DNA from: Chloroflexota bacterium
GTDB taxonomy: Bacteria > Chloroflexota > Limnocylindria > Limnocylindrales > CSP1-4
Assembly: GCA_043797725.1 (NCBI GenBank)
Contig: JAZDPM010000025.1
Span: 1-26,748 of the forward strand
Length of the DNA stretch: 26,748 nt
Direction: 5' to 3'
Made by a program: the position numbers and the translations under genes. Every line of letters starts with the position of its first letter. The stretch's first letter is position 1. The notes below the pieces were generated by a model. It was not told where the DNA came from, did not search any database, and was given only the letters and a program-made list of their open reading frames with translations. Positions 1 through 9,672 of this stretch are shown one piece after another.

Positions 1-525
1 GCCGATGGCGATGATGATGACCCAGGCGTTGCCGGTCCCCCAGAAGGCGACGAGCATGAGGATCAGGAAGAAGGTCGGGATCGAGAGGACGATGTCGACC
101 AGGCGCATGAGCACGTTGTCCGTCCAGCCGCCGAAGTAGCCGGCCATGGACCCCACGGAGACGCCGATGAAGACGATGACGACGACGGCGGCGAGGCCGA
201 TGAAGAGCGAGGTCTGGAGGCCCTTCATGAGCCGGATGAACGTGTTGATCCCGAGGTTGTCGTAGCCGAACGGCGCGGTCAGGGACGCCGGCTGGTTGAT
301 CCGTTCGAGCGAGGTCTCGCGCCAGGCATCACCCGTGAGGAACGGGATCGCGACCGCCGCCGTGATCAGGATCGCCATGAGGAAGAAGGCGATGACGGCC
401 AGGCGGTGGCGCACGAAGCGCTGGCGGACTAGCTGCCAGTAGGTGCGGACGGGCGTCAGGTCGACCTCGTCGACGAGGGGGGCCGCGCCGCCGGGGAGCT
501 GGGTGGCCTGGGCGCTCTCCATCAT
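1..525 (-). CDS. oppC: Oligopeptide/dipeptide/nickel ABC transporter permease, OppC/DppC type (3' part runs off the left edge)
   Basis: Not in the ORF track; translated by hand from ATG at 525: MMESAQATQ...RTYWQLVRQRFVRHRLAVIAFF...PFGYDNLGINTFIRLMKGLQTSLFIG...GSMAGYFGGWTDNVLMRLVDIVLSIPTFFL. These are the OppC N-terminal, P(F/L)G-D-(L)G and GY-GG--D--LMR--D motifs. Lies 6 nt after the oppB stop. Confidence 0.92.
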   Translation of the reverse strand, partial: MMESAQATQLPGGAAPLVDEVDLTPVRTYWQLVRQRFVRHRLAVIAFFLMAILITAAVAIPFLTGDAWRETSLERINQPASLTAPFGYDNLGINTFIRLMKGLQTSLFIGLAAVVVIVFIGVSVGSMAGYFGGWTDNVLMRLVDIVLSIPTFFLILMLVAFWGTGNAWVIIIAIG

Positions 526-531
526 CGGCCC

Positions 532-1494
532 CTAGTACTTGATCCGCGGATCGACGACGGCGTAGAGGATGTCGGCCAGCAGGTTGCCCACGATGACCAT
601 CGCCCCACCGATCATCGCGAACGCGAGGACCACCGGATAGTCGCGCTCGGTGACCGCCGAGACGCCGAGGAAGCCGAGGCCCGGCCACGAGAAGACGGTC
701 TCCGTGATCGCGGCGCCGGCGAGAAGCGACGGGATGGTGAGACCCAGCAGGGTGACGATCGGGATGAGGGCGTTGCGCAGGGCGTGCTTGAAGATCACGC
801 GCGACCACGCGAGTCCCTTCGCCTTCGCCGTCCGGATGTAGTCGGCGCGGAGGACCTCCAGCATCGATGCCCGCATGTAGCGACTCCAGCCGGCGACGCC
901 CACGATCGTGATCGTCAGGGCGGGCAAGAACAGATGCCACAGGAGGTCCAGGACGTCGCCCTCCTTGCCGAACGTGTACTTCCCGAAGAGGGGGAAGAGG
1001 TCCAGCTGCTGGGCGAAGATCTGGCGAAGGATGAGGCCAAGCCAGAAGGTCGGGAGGGCGTAGCCGATGGTCGCGACGACCGCGATGATCTTGTCGGCAA
1101 TGCTGTACTGCTTGACGGCGCCCAGGATGCCGACCGGGATGGCAATGATGATCGTGAAGAAGAGCGCGGTGCCCATGAGCTGGAACGTGCTCGGGATCCG
1201 CTCGAAGATCTTGTCCCGGACCGGGAGCCCGTCCGTGATGGAGAAGCCCCAGGCGGTGTTGTCCCAGGGGAACGTCCAGAAGGTGGTGAACCACTTGAAG
1301 AACTGGACCGGCAGGGGCTGGTCCAGCCCGTAGACGCGCCGCAGGTTCGCGATGACCTCGGGGGAGACCTTGTTGGACCGGAAGCGGTCGAACGGATCGC
1401 CGGGAGCCAGGTTGACGATGAAGAAGGCGATGACGCTGATCCCGATGATGATCGGGATCGCCTGGATCAGCCGACGGACGACGTAGCGGGCCAT
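532..1494 (-). CDS. oppB: Oligopeptide/dipeptide/nickel ABC transporter permease, OppB/DppB type
   Basis: MARYVVRRLIQAIPII...APGDP, YGLDQPLPVQFFKW, EAA loop MRASMLEVLRADYIRTAKAKGL, KHALRNALIP, ETVFSWPGLG, DILYAVVDPRIKY; several hydrophobic TM segments. Confidence 0.95.
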   Translation of the reverse strand: MARYVVRRLIQAIPIIIGISVIAFFIVNLAPGDPFDRFRSNKVSPEVIANLRRVYGLDQPLPVQFFKWFTTFWTFPWDNTAWGFSITDGLPVRDKIFERIPSTFQLMGTALFFTIIIAIPVGILGAVKQYSIADKIIAVVATIGYALPTFWLGLILRQIFAQQLDLFPLFGKYTFGKEGDVLDLLWHLFLPALTITIVGVAGWSRYMRASMLEVLRADYIRTAKAKGLAWSRVIFKHALRNALIPIVTLLGLTIPSLLAGAAITETVFSWPGLGFLGVSAVTERDYPVVLAFAMIGGAMVIVGNLLADILYAVVDPRIKY

Positions 1495-1578
1495 CGTCTC
1501 AGCCTCGGACGCTCGGAGGGAGGAGCCGGCCGGTCCGGTCGGCGGTCAGACGGGTCATCCAGTCCTTCCCGGGAAGAG

Positions 1579-1614
1579 TCGACCGGCGGCGGCCCTGGGA
1601 CCGCCGCCGGTCGA
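1579..1614 (-). terminator. Perfect 14-bp GC-rich stem-loop between oppA and oppB (partial terminator or mRNA-stabilising hairpin)
   Basis: tcgaccggcggcgg (1579-1592), 8-nt loop, ccgccgccggtcga (1601-1614), 32 nt after the oppA stop. On the mRNA it is followed by CUCUUCCC (weak U tract) and a 12-bp palindrome cttcccgggaag (1565-1576). Such hairpins after the binding-protein gene are typical of ABC operons. Confidence 0.65.
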
Positions 1615-1646
1615 TGTCGTTCAGCGAGACGCTGGTGGCGCCGAGG

Positions 1647-3638
1647 TCACTTGGCCGCGACGACCCAGCTGTCGTTGTTCCAGTAGTAGAGCGGGCTGGC
1701 GAGATCGATGCCGCTCGTCGTGGACGAGACGGACTTGGTGACGCCCGCGTTGGCAAGGTCGGACCACGCGAAGTAGTACGGCAGGTCGTCGTGGGCGATC
1801 TGCTGGAACTTGAAGTAGATGTCCGTGCGCTTCGCCTGGTCGAGCTCCTGGCGGCCTTCCTCGAGGAGCTTGTCGGCCTCAGGGTTGTTCCAGCAGACGA
1901 AGTTGTTGTCGTCCGGGTTCTCCTTCGTCACGCACTTGGACGAATGGAAGATCGAGTAGTCGTCGGGGTCGATCGAGGTCGACCAGCCGCCGAGGTACGT
2001 GTCGAACGCGTTCGGGTAGCTGAGCAGCGGCAGCAGGACGGTCGCGAAGTCGCCTTCCTTGACCGTGAGGCCGATGCCGCACTTCTTGACCTGGTCGGCT
2101 GAGAGCTGGCCGAACGCGACGCGCTGCGGGCGGCCGGCCCGGACGTACATCTCCGAGGCCAGCTTCTTGCCGGCCTTCTCGTAGAGGCCGTCCGCGCCCA
2201 TCGTCCAGCCCGAGCTCTCGATGAGGGCCTTGGCGCCCTCGATGTCGAGCTTGTAGGGCGTGACGTTGGGGTTGTAGGCCCACGAGGCGGGCGGCGTGTT
2301 CGCCTGGATCGGCTGGCCGCGACCGTCGGTCGCCGCCGCCACGGTGGCATCGTGGTCGATGCACATCGAGAACGCCTTGCGCAGGTTGAGATCGCCGTAC
2401 AGCTTGTCCGGCCGGGTGTTGAAGCCGATGTAGTAGTAGCCGAAGTCGGCGTACTCGGCGATCTGGAGGTTCGGGTCGGCCTTGAGCGCCGCGAGGGCGT
2501 CGGAGGTGACCTCGGTCTGCCAGTTGATGTCGCCCTTCTGGAGGGCTGCAGACGCCGCGGCGGCGTCCTTGATGATCGGGATGTAGACCTTGGCCGGGCC
2601 GACCTTGGTCCCCTCGGGGCCGCCGAAGTAGTCGTCGAAGCGAGCCATCTCGACGCTCTGCGCGGTCGTGTACTTGACGAGCTTGTAGGGGCCCGAGCCG
2701 ATCGGTGCGCGCTGGAAGTCGAGGATGCGGAACGAGGCCGCGATCTGGTCGATGTCCGCGGCGGCGAGGGTGGTGTTGAGGTCGGTGAGCTGTCCGTAGA
2801 GCGCCGCGCCGTAGGACGAGTTGTCCGCGCTGCCGTCATCGGCCACGAACTTCGCCTTGTCCTCGAGCTGGATGCCGGCCTTCCCGAGGAGGGCCTCCAG
2901 CTCGGCGACGTAGGTCGCGTAGTCGCACTCCGCCGGCGGGGCGTCGGTGCTGCAGGCTTCCGCCAGGGTGGCGGCGTCGATCTTGTCGTAGAGCGCCTTG
3001 ACCTCGGCCGGATCGACCGCGCCGGTGGACGCCTTCAGGCGGCCGAAGCTGTCGCGGATGGCCTTCTCGGGCACGACGGCGACGCCGAGGCCGCTGACGG
3101 CGAAGGGCGCGAACTTCTGCAGGAGCACGAACTTGACCGTGTAGTCGTCGAGGGCCTCGACGGTCGCGATGTTGTCCTGGATGCTCGAGCAGCCGTCCGG
3201 GATGTAGGTGCAGTTCTTCGAGAGGCCGAGCTGGTAGCTGAAGACCACGTCCGAGGCCTTGAGATCGGTCCCGTCCTGGAACTTGACGCCCTGCTTGAGC
3301 TTCAGCGTCCAGGTCAGGCCGTCCGCGCTCGTCTCCGCGTAGTCCGCGGCGAGGGAGGGGACCGTCTCCAGCTTGTTGTTGATGGCGTAGAGGCCGTTGT
3401 AGATCAGGCCGACGACCCAGCTCGTCGGCAGGTCGGTGTACGCGTACGAGAAGTAGGTCGGCTCGCCGTCGAGGGCGAACTTGAAGTCGGCCGACGCGGC
3501 GGGGGCCGCCGTCGGGGCCGCCGTCTCGCCGGGCGCCGGCGTCGCGGGGACCGGGGTGGGCGACGCGGACCCGCCGCAGGCCGCAACGCCGATGGCGAGC
3601 GCCCCGAGCAGGCCGAGACTGCGCCGTCTCAAGCTCAT
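1647..3638 (-). CDS. oppA: ABC transporter family-5 substrate-binding lipoprotein (OppA/DppA-like), 663 aa, with a large internal insertion
   Basis: Start moved to ATG 3638 (AGGAGG at 3645-3650). Lipobox-like LAIGVAAC-GGS, Pro/Ala/Thr linker, family-5 motifs IYNGLY..., PSLA...S.DGLTWTLKLKQGVKFQDG..L.ASDVVFSY, PIGSGPYK, LRKAFSMCID. Confidence 0.92.
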   Translation of the reverse strand: MSLRRRSLGLLGALAIGVAACGGSASPTPVPATPAPGETAAPTAAPAASADFKFALDGEPTYFSYAYTDLPTSWVVGLIYNGLYAINNKLETVPSLAADYAETSADGLTWTLKLKQGVKFQDGTDLKASDVVFSYQLGLSKNCTYIPDGCSSIQDNIATVEALDDYTVKFVLLQKFAPFAVSGLGVAVVPEKAIRDSFGRLKASTGAVDPAEVKALYDKIDAATLAEACSTDAPPAECDYATYVAELEALLGKAGIQLEDKAKFVADDGSADNSSYGAALYGQLTDLNTTLAAADIDQIAASFRILDFQRAPIGSGPYKLVKYTTAQSVEMARFDDYFGGPEGTKVGPAKVYIPIIKDAAAASAALQKGDINWQTEVTSDALAALKADPNLQIAEYADFGYYYIGFNTRPDKLYGDLNLRKAFSMCIDHDATVAAATDGRGQPIQANTPPASWAYNPNVTPYKLDIEGAKALIESSGWTMGADGLYEKAGKKLASEMYVRAGRPQRVAFGQLSADQVKKCGIGLTVKEGDFATVLLPLLSYPNAFDTYLGGWSTSIDPDDYSIFHSSKCVTKENPDDNNFVCWNNPEADKLLEEGRQELDQAKRTDIYFKFQQIAHDDLPYYFAWSDLANAGVTKSVSSTTSGIDLASPLYYWNNDSWVVAAK

Positions 3639-3768
3639 CGAGTTCCTCCTGTTTCCGAGGGTCGGCAACTCCTCCGCGCCGATCCCTCCTCGTGCTGAAT
3701 TGCCGCGCGTCCTACCCGGCGCGGAGGGCGCGCCGGGATCCGTCGTGGCGGCCCACAGACTGCCGCGC

Positions 3769-3799
3769 ATTATAGGTCGCGGCCGTCGGCGTGCGTCAA
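3769..3799 (-). promoter_or_regulatory. Putative sigma-70 promoter of the opp operon (TTGACG-N19-TATAAT)
   Basis: Minus strand: TTGACG at 3799-3794 and a perfect TATAAT at 3774-3769, conspicuous in GC-rich DNA. The 19-nt spacer is longer than optimal. Implies a 5' leader of about 125 nt. Confidence 0.55.
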
Positions 3800-3865
3800 C
3801 CTGCCGGGTGTCCCCGGGCGGGCCGACCCCGCCCCGGTCCCGGGCCCGTCACGGTCGCGAGTGGG

Positions 3866-4501
3866 TCACCTCCTGCCGGCCTGGCGCTGCGCGGGATCCT
3901 CGCGGGTCGCGCTCGCCGGGACGAGCGGCCGCGTCTCGACGATGTCGTCGGTCCATGTCGTCTGCCGTCCCGTCGACGGCGGGAGGTCAGCGCTGATCGG
4001 CGGCGGGGCGATCCGGACGCCGGTGTACGGCCGGGTGGCGGCGCGCTCGGGGAGCAGGCCGGCCCGGCGGGCCCGCTCACGGCTCTGCTCGAACTGGAGA
4101 GACGGCGAGGCCTCGCCCCACGGCGCCTCGTTGTAGACCCCTTTCGGGCCACCATCGACGAGGGCCGCCGGACCCACGAAGACCGCGCAGAGGGCCGCCG
4201 CCGCGACGATCCCCGGCAGGCCGGACAGGATGCGGGACTGCTCGCGACGCGTCGCCGCGAGACGTGCCCGCAGGCGGGTCCAGCCGTCGACCTCGGGCTC
4301 TGCTCGCTCCGTGTCCTCGTGCAGGCGCCGGAGGCCGTGCAGGATCAGCGTCGTCGTAGCCAGCTCTCCCTCGCAGGCCCGGCAGCGATCGACGTGATCG
4401 AGCGCCCGGCGAACGCCCGGGCCGCCCGCGCGCCGCGCGGCGAACTCGACGAGGGCGGCCCGATGCTGCCCGCAGCCACCCCGGACGCGCAACCCGATCA
4501 A
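3866..4501 (-). CDS. Zinc-binding (ZAS, zf-HC2) transmembrane anti-sigma factor
   Basis: N-terminal C..H followed by ALDHVDRCRAC (HxxxCxxC), then one TM segment (ILSGLPGIVAAAALCAVFVGPAALV). Its TTG start overlaps the sigma stop (TTGA, 4498-4501). Confidence 0.8.
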   Translation of the reverse strand: MIGLRVRGGCGQHRAALVEFAARRAGGPGVRRALDHVDRCRACEGELATTTLILHGLRRLHEDTERAEPEVDGWTRLRARLAATRREQSRILSGLPGIVAAAALCAVFVGPAALVDGGPKGVYNEAPWGEASPSLQFEQSRERARRAGLLPERAATRPYTGVRIAPPPISADLPPSTGRQTTWTDDIVETRPLVPASATREDPAQRQAGRR

Positions 4502-5151
4502 GGGACGTCCTCGGCGGGGGTCGCGGCCGCGGCAACGGCCGCCGGGACGCCGGACGGTTGGTAGGCGCCGCCGAACCGGCGGTCGTCTTCGAGGCGGGTC
4601 CGCAGCGAGCGGAGGCCAAAGTGGAGGCGCGACTTCACCGTCCCCGGCCGGATCCCCAGGATCTCGGCCGTCTCGTTGATGGAGCGTCCATGGAGGTAGA
4701 AGAGGACGATGACGCCGCGGTGCTTCGGCGGCAGGGCGGCGATGCCGTCGCGGACGATGGCCCGCAGCTCCGACCGCTCGGCACTGTCGGCTGGCCCGAC
4801 CTCGCGGTCACGGACCAGGCGCGCCACGGCCTCGCTGATGGGCTCCCACGGGAGGCGCCGGCGGCCGAACCGCGAGTAGGAGAAGTTGAGCGCGACGCGG
4901 TGGAGCCAGGGGAGCGGCGAGGCGTCCGGATGGAGCCGCCGGCGCCATTCGTAGGCCTTCGCGAAGGTGTCCTGCAGGACCTCCTCGGCGGCGTTCCGGT
5001 CGCCGAGGACCGCGTACGCCGTGGCGTAGACCTGGCCGCGATAGCGGGTGAAGAACGCCTCGAAGGCGTCGATGTCGTCGACGCGGATCCGGCGCAGGAG
5101 CGCCTCCTCCTCCGGGTCGAGCACTCGGGCCGGCTGGCTGGACGTGATCAC
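4498..5151 (-). CDS. ECF (group 4) RNA polymerase sigma-70 factor; start uncertain (GTG 5151 preferred, ORF open to 5223)
   Basis: Region 2: DIDAFEAFFTRYRGQVYATAYAVLGDRNAAEEVLQDTF, PWLHRVALN. Region 4: LPPKHRGVIVLFYLHGRSINETAEILGIRPGTVKSRLHFGLRSLR. No region 1.2/3. Confidence 0.93.
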   Translation of the reverse strand: MITSSQPARVLDPEEEALLRRIRVDDIDAFEAFFTRYRGQVYATAYAVLGDRNAAEEVLQDTFAKAYEWRRRLHPDASPLPWLHRVALNFSYSRFGRRRLPWEPISEAVARLVRDREVGPADSAERSELRAIVRDGIAALPPKHRGVIVLFYLHGRSINETAEILGIRPGTVKSRLHFGLRSLRTRLEDDRRFGGAYQPSGVPAAVAAAATPAEDVP

Positions 5152-5210
5152 GGCCTCCTGCGGGAACGCGCGGGCAGGGAGACGCTCGACGCGGCACTCC
5201 TGGCGGCCTC

Positions 5211-5236
5211 TACGCTCATTCAACGTGGAAGGTTCA
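5211..5236 (-). promoter_or_regulatory. Putative ECF-type (autoregulatory) promoter TGAACC-N16-CGTA
   Basis: Minus strand: TGAACC (5236-5231), 16 nt, CGTA (5214-5211). This fits the general ECF AAC...CGT pattern and lies just upstream of the sigma gene, overlapping the gcvPB stop codon. Confidence 0.45.
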
Positions 5237-6718
5237 CTCGGCCGGTTCCGCGCGCCACCGGAGATTGGGCTGGCGGGCGGCCGTCGCCTCGTCGAGACGG
5301 CGGACGGGGGCGGTGTGAGGAGCGCTCTTGACCAGCTCGGGGTCGTCGTGGGCCTCCCGGGCGATCTCGAGCATCGCGTCGGCGAACGCGTCGAGCGTCT
5401 CGAGGCTCTCGGTCTCGGTCGGCTCGATCAGCATCCCCTCCTCCACCGTGAGCGGGAAGTAGATCGTGGGGGGGTGGAACCCCTTGTCGATCAGGCGCTT
5501 CGCGACGTCCAGGGTGCGCACGCCGGTCGCGGCCTTGAGGCCGGCCGAAGAAGCGACGAACTCGTGCAGGCAGGGCTGCTCGAAGGGGATGACGTACGCC
5601 CCGGCCAGGCGGTGCTTGAGGTAGTTCGCGGCGAGGACGGCGTCCTCGCTCACCTCGCGCAGGCCGTCGCCTCCGTGGGCCCGGATGTAGGCGTACGCGC
5701 GCACGAGGATCCCGACGTTGCCGACGAACGAGCGCATCCGGCCGATGCTCGTGGGACGCTCGCCGGCCCGCTCCAGGCGGAACGCGCCGTCCGGCTCGCG
5801 CAGGACCAGCGGCTCCGGCAGGAAGGGGGCCAGGTGGGAGCGGACGCCCACGGGCCCGGCCCCCGGCCCGCCGCCGCCGTGCGGCGTGGAGAACGTCTTG
5901 TGGACGTTGAAGTGCATCACGTCGAAGCCGGCGGTGCCCGGCCGGAAGTAGCCGAGCATGGCGTTGAGGTTGGCGCCGTCCATGTAGGCCAGGGCACCCG
6001 CGGCGTGGACCGCCTCCAGGAGCTCCACCACCCGCGTCTCGAAGAGCCCGAGCGTGGAGGGGTTCGTGATCATGACGGCTGCCGTCGTCGGGCCGAGCGC
6101 GGCCCGGAAGAGGTCGAGGTCGACGCCGCCGTCGGGCGCCGACGGGATGTTCACGGTTCGGAAGCCGGCCATCGAGGCCGTAGCCGGGTTGGTGCCGTGA
6201 GCCGAGTCGGGGACGAGGACGTCGGTCCGCGCGTGGTCTCCCCGGGCCCGGTGGTAGGCCCGAATCATGAGGATGCCGGTGAGCTCGCCCTGGGCGCCGG
6301 CCGCGGGCTGAAGCGTCACCGCGTCCATCCCGCTGATCTCGGCCAGCTCCTGCCCCAGGGTCCAGAGCAACTCGAGCGTCCCCTGGGCGGTCTCGTCGGG
6401 CGCGAGCGGATGGAGCGCCGCGAAGCCCGGCAGGCGGGCCGCCCACTCGTTCACCTTCGGGTTGTACTTCATCGTGCACGAGCCCAGGGGGTAGAAGCCC
6501 GTGTCGACCGACCAGTTGAGGTGGGAGAGGTTGACGTAGTGGCGGACGAGGGTCGCCTCGTTGAGCTCGGGAAGGGCCGGCGGGACGACGCGCCGCGCGG
6601 CGGCGGGTAGACGGTCGAGGGCATCGGCCGGGGGCGCCGGGAGCCGCGTGCCGGCCCCGCGCCCGGGCCGCGAGAGCTCGAAGAGGGTGGGCTGGAGCGG
6701 GTTGCCGGTGACGCTCAT
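5234..6718 (-). CDS. gcvPB: Glycine dehydrogenase (decarboxylating) subunit 2, P-protein beta
   Basis: True start [19 protein letters not shown] (ATGA overlap with the gcvPA stop). Motifs [51 protein letters not shown]-lysine [28 protein letters not shown]. Confidence 0.97.
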   Translation of the reverse strand: MSVTGNPLQPTLFELSRPGRGAGTRLPAPPADALDRLPAAARRVVPPALPELNEATLVRHYVNLSHLNWSVDTGFYPLGSCTMKYNPKVNEWAARLPGFAALHPLAPDETAQGTLELLWTLGQELAEISGMDAVTLQPAAGAQGELTGILMIRAYHRARGDHARTDVLVPDSAHGTNPATASMAGFRTVNIPSAPDGGVDLDLFRAALGPTTAAVMITNPSTLGLFETRVVELLEAVHAAGALAYMDGANLNAMLGYFRPGTAGFDVMHFNVHKTFSTPHGGGGPGAGPVGVRSHLAPFLPEPLVLREPDGAFRLERAGERPTSIGRMRSFVGNVGILVRAYAYIRAHGGDGLREVSEDAVLAANYLKHRLAGAYVIPFEQPCLHEFVASSAGLKAATGVRTLDVAKRLIDKGFHPPTIYFPLTVEEGMLIEPTETESLETLDAFADAMLEIAREAHDDPELVKSAPHTAPVRRLDEATAARQPNLRWRAEPAE

Positions 6719-8097
6719 CGGACGGCCTCCGGCGCCGCACCGAGCTCCGCGGCGACGGCTGTGGCGAACTTCTCGATCTCGGCCGGGGTGGTGACCTCGG
6801 TGGCACAGACCAGGAGGCCCTCGGCAAGCGACGGGTCGGCGGGCTCCAGCTCGGCGAGCGGGATGCCCGCGAGGATCCCGCGCGCCAGCAGGCGGCGGTG
6901 GACGGCCACCGCGTCCGGGACGCGAACGGCGAACTCGTTGAGGTACTGGCCCGGGTGGAGGCGCGGCGCACCCGCCGCCGCGAGCGCGGCCTCCAGCTCT
7001 GCGGCGCGGGCCGCGCCCGTCGCCGCGACGTCTCGGAGGCCACCGGGCCCGAGGGCCGCGACGTAGATCGAGGCGGCCAGGGCACACAGGGCCTGGTTGG
7101 TGCAGATGTTGCTGGCCGCGCGCTCGCGCCGGATGTCCTGCTCGCGCGCGCGCAGGGTCATGACGTAGGCCCGCTTCCCCTCGAGGTCGGCGGTCATGCC
7201 GATGAGGCGCCCCGGGATCTGCCGGATGAGCGCCTCGCGACAGGCCACGATCCCGAGATACGGGCCTCCGTACTGGGGAGCCATCCCCAGGGGCTGGCCC
7301 TCGCCGGCCGCGATGTCGGCGCCGTACGTTGCCGGCGGGGCGAGGACGGCGAGGCCGACCGGCTCGACGACGGCGACGAGCAGGGCGCCCGCCGCGTGGG
7401 CGAGGCGGCCGATCTCCGCCATCGGTTCCAGGAGGCCCAGGACCGAGGGGTGCCCGGCGACGACGCCGGCGACTGGGTGGCCGGGATCGGCCAGCATCCG
7501 CGCCAGGGCGCCCAGGTCCGTGGTCCCGGCGCCGGGCCCGTCGGCGAGCAGGGGGATCTCGGCGAACGTGAGGTTCGCCCCGGCAAAGTAGGTCTCGAGC
7601 GTCTCGCGGTAGTGCGGATGGACGCCGCGGGAGACCAGGACGTGCTCCCGACGGGTCGCCCGGCAGGTCATGAGAGCGGCTTCCGCGGTCGCTGCGGCGC
7701 CGTCGTAGTGCGACGCCGAGACGACGTCCATCCCCGTCAGCTCGGCGAGAAGCGACTGGTACTCGTAGATCGTCTGGAGCGTCCCCTGGCTGATCTCCGG
7801 CTGGTACGGCGTGTAGGCCGTGTAGAGCTCGCCCCGCAGGAGCAGCTGGTCCACGACCGGCGGCAGGTGGTGACGGTAGACGCCGGCGCCCAGGAAGCTC
7901 GCGAGGTCGGTCCGGTTCCGCCCGGCCAGGCCCCCCAGGTGCTCCATGAGCTCCAGCTCGGTGAGGGCCGGAGCCAGGTCCAGCCCGGTCGCCCGGACCC
8001 CCTCCGGGATCGCCTCGAAGAGGACGTCGACCGACGCGATCCCGAGGGCCTCCAGCATCCGGTCCCGCTCGCCCGCGGTGTGCGGTCCGTACGCCAT
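6715..8097 (-). CDS. gcvPA: Glycine dehydrogenase (decarboxylating) subunit 1, P-protein alpha
   Basis: MAYGPHT..., [71 protein letters not shown]. Confidence 0.97.
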   Translation of the reverse strand: MAYGPHTAGERDRMLEALGIASVDVLFEAIPEGVRATGLDLAPALTELELMEHLGGLAGRNRTDLASFLGAGVYRHHLPPVVDQLLLRGELYTAYTPYQPEISQGTLQTIYEYQSLLAELTGMDVVSASHYDGAAATAEAALMTCRATRREHVLVSRGVHPHYRETLETYFAGANLTFAEIPLLADGPGAGTTDLGALARMLADPGHPVAGVVAGHPSVLGLLEPMAEIGRLAHAAGALLVAVVEPVGLAVLAPPATYGADIAAGEGQPLGMAPQYGGPYLGIVACREALIRQIPGRLIGMTADLEGKRAYVMTLRAREQDIRRERAASNICTNQALCALAASIYVAALGPGGLRDVAATGAARAAELEAALAAAGAPRLHPGQYLNEFAVRVPDAVAVHRRLLARGILAGIPLAELEPADPSLAEGLLVCATEVTTPAEIEKFATAVAAELGAAPEAVR

Positions 8098-8098
8098 C

Positions 8099-8479
8099 TC
8101 AGGCCTCCGCGACCAGCGCCTCGTAGGCGGCCGAATCGAGGAGGGCGTCCACCTGCGCCGCGTCGGCCAGGCGGATCCGCAGCATCCAGCCCGCCCCGTA
8201 CGGGTCGGCGTTCACGACCTCGGGCGCCGCCGCCAGCGCGCCGTTCGTCTCGACCACCGCGCCGCCGACCGGAGCGAAGAGATCGCTCACGGCCTTCACC
8301 GACTCCACGACTCCGAACGGGGCGAACTGCTCAAGCGCTCGCCCGACGTCGGGGAGCTCCACGAAGACGATGTCGCCCAGCTGGTCGGCGGCGTGCTGCG
8401 TGATCCCGATGGTCGCCACGTCGCCGTCGACGCGGACCCACTCGTGCTCCTTCGTGTAGCGCAGGTCGGCCGGGGTCAT
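8099..8479 (-). CDS. gcvH: Glycine cleavage system H protein (lipoyl carrier)
   Basis: Start ATG 8479 after [41 protein letters not shown], lipoyl-Lys motif [19 protein letters not shown]. Confidence 0.97.
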   Translation of the reverse strand: MTPADLRYTKEHEWVRVDGDVATIGITQHAADQLGDIVFVELPDVGRALEQFAPFGVVESVKAVSDLFAPVGGAVVETNGALAAAPEVVNADPYGAGWMLRIRLADAAQVDALLDSAAYEALVAEA

Positions 8480-8552
8480 GCGACGCTCCTCTCGTCCATC
8501 CGGCGCGGGGGCGCCGGAGGTCTCCGCGCCGGCGCCCGCCGGCACGTCTGGA

Positions 8553-9656
8553 TCAGCGGGGCCGGGTGTAGAACGGGAGCGGGACGACCTCCGCAGCCGC
8601 CCGCGCCTCGCGGATCTCCACGTCGAGCATCGTACCGGGCGCGGAGTCCCCCGGTGCGACGTACGCCATCGCGATCGGCACGCCGAGCGTGGGTGACATG
8701 GTGCCCGAGGTCACGACCCCGCTGGCCCGGTCGCCGGACCAGACCGGATGACCGTGCCGCGCGATCCCGCGCCCGCGCACGGCGAGGCCCACGAGCCGCC
8801 GGCGCGGCTCGGTCGCGGCGGCCGTCGCCAGCGCGTCCCGGCCGACGAAGCCGCCCTCCTTGGCGAGCTTCACGACCCTGCCGAGCCCCGCCTCGAAGGG
8901 TGTCGTGGCGCGGTCGAGCTCGTTGCCGTAGAGCGGCATCCCGGCCTCCAGCCGGAGCGTGTCGCGGGCGCCCAGGCCCACCGGCACGAGGCCGGCAGCC
9001 ACCCCCGCGGCCGCCAGGGCATCCCAGACCGTTGTACCGGCGGCGGCGTCCACGAAGACCTCGAAGCCGTCCTCGCCGGTGTAGCCCGTGCGCGCCACGA
9101 GGCCGGGAACTCCCGCCACGGCCCCCTCCGCGATCCCGTAGTAGTGGATCGCGCCGAGGTCGAGGTCGGTGAGCGGCGCGAGGATGCCCAGCGCCGCCGG
9201 GCCCTGGATGGCGACGAGCGCGGTCGCCAGCGAGCGATCGTCGAGGACGGCCCGCCGGCCCTCGAAGCGCTCGGCGAGGGCGTCGGAGACGACGGCCGCG
9301 TTCGAGGCGTTGGCGACGACCATGAAGCGGTCGTCGGCCAGTCGGTACACGATGAGGTCGTCGAGGATCCCCCCATCCGGGGCGCAGATCATCGAGTAGT
9401 GGGCGCGGCCGATCGCGAGGGTCCGGGGGTCGGTCGTCACGGCGAGGGCGAGGGCGTCGCCGGCGGCGGGACCATCAACGAAGAGCACACCCATGTGGCA
9501 CAGGTCGAAGAGGCCGGCCCGCTGCCGCACGGCGCGATGCTCCTCGAGGATCCCGGTGTACTGGATCGGCATCCGCCAGCCGGCGAAGTCGACCAGCCGT
9601 GCGCCCAGCGCCTCGTGACGCCCGACGAGGGGCGTGGCGCGTGGTTCCTCCGTCAT
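8553..9656 (-). CDS. gcvT: Glycine cleavage system aminomethyltransferase T
   Basis: TPL...[71 protein letters not shown]; GGAGG RBS. Confidence 0.97.
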   Translation of the reverse strand: MTEEPRATPLVGRHEALGARLVDFAGWRMPIQYTGILEEHRAVRQRAGLFDLCHMGVLFVDGPAAGDALALAVTTDPRTLAIGRAHYSMICAPDGGILDDLIVYRLADDRFMVVANASNAAVVSDALAERFEGRRAVLDDRSLATALVAIQGPAALGILAPLTDLDLGAIHYYGIAEGAVAGVPGLVARTGYTGEDGFEVFVDAAAGTTVWDALAAAGVAAGLVPVGLGARDTLRLEAGMPLYGNELDRATTPFEAGLGRVVKLAKEGGFVGRDALATAAATEPRRRLVGLAVRGRGIARHGHPVWSGDRASGVVTSGTMSPTLGVPIAMAYVAPGDSAPGTMLDVEIREARAAAEVVPLPFYTRPR

Positions 9657-9672
9657 GGCCGGACCTCCCTGC

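Noticed and set aside
3480-3580. Repetitive gccgccgtc/ggggcc tracts in oppA, and similar tracts at 14540-14680
   Set aside because: They encode Pro/Ala/Thr/Ser linkers and are not CRISPR or tandem DNA repeats; there are no constant-length spacers.
3690-3705. GGCAATTCAGCA in the oppA leader, faintly like part of a SAM-I riboswitch
   Set aside because: The other SAM-I elements (AUC-AGAG P1, GAGGGA-GGCCC kink-turn/pseudoknot, GCAACC) are not in the right order.
8499-8532. GC hairpins in the gcvT-gcvH spacer
   Set aside because: Stems of 8-9 bp made almost only of G/C with no U tract are expected by chance at this composition.
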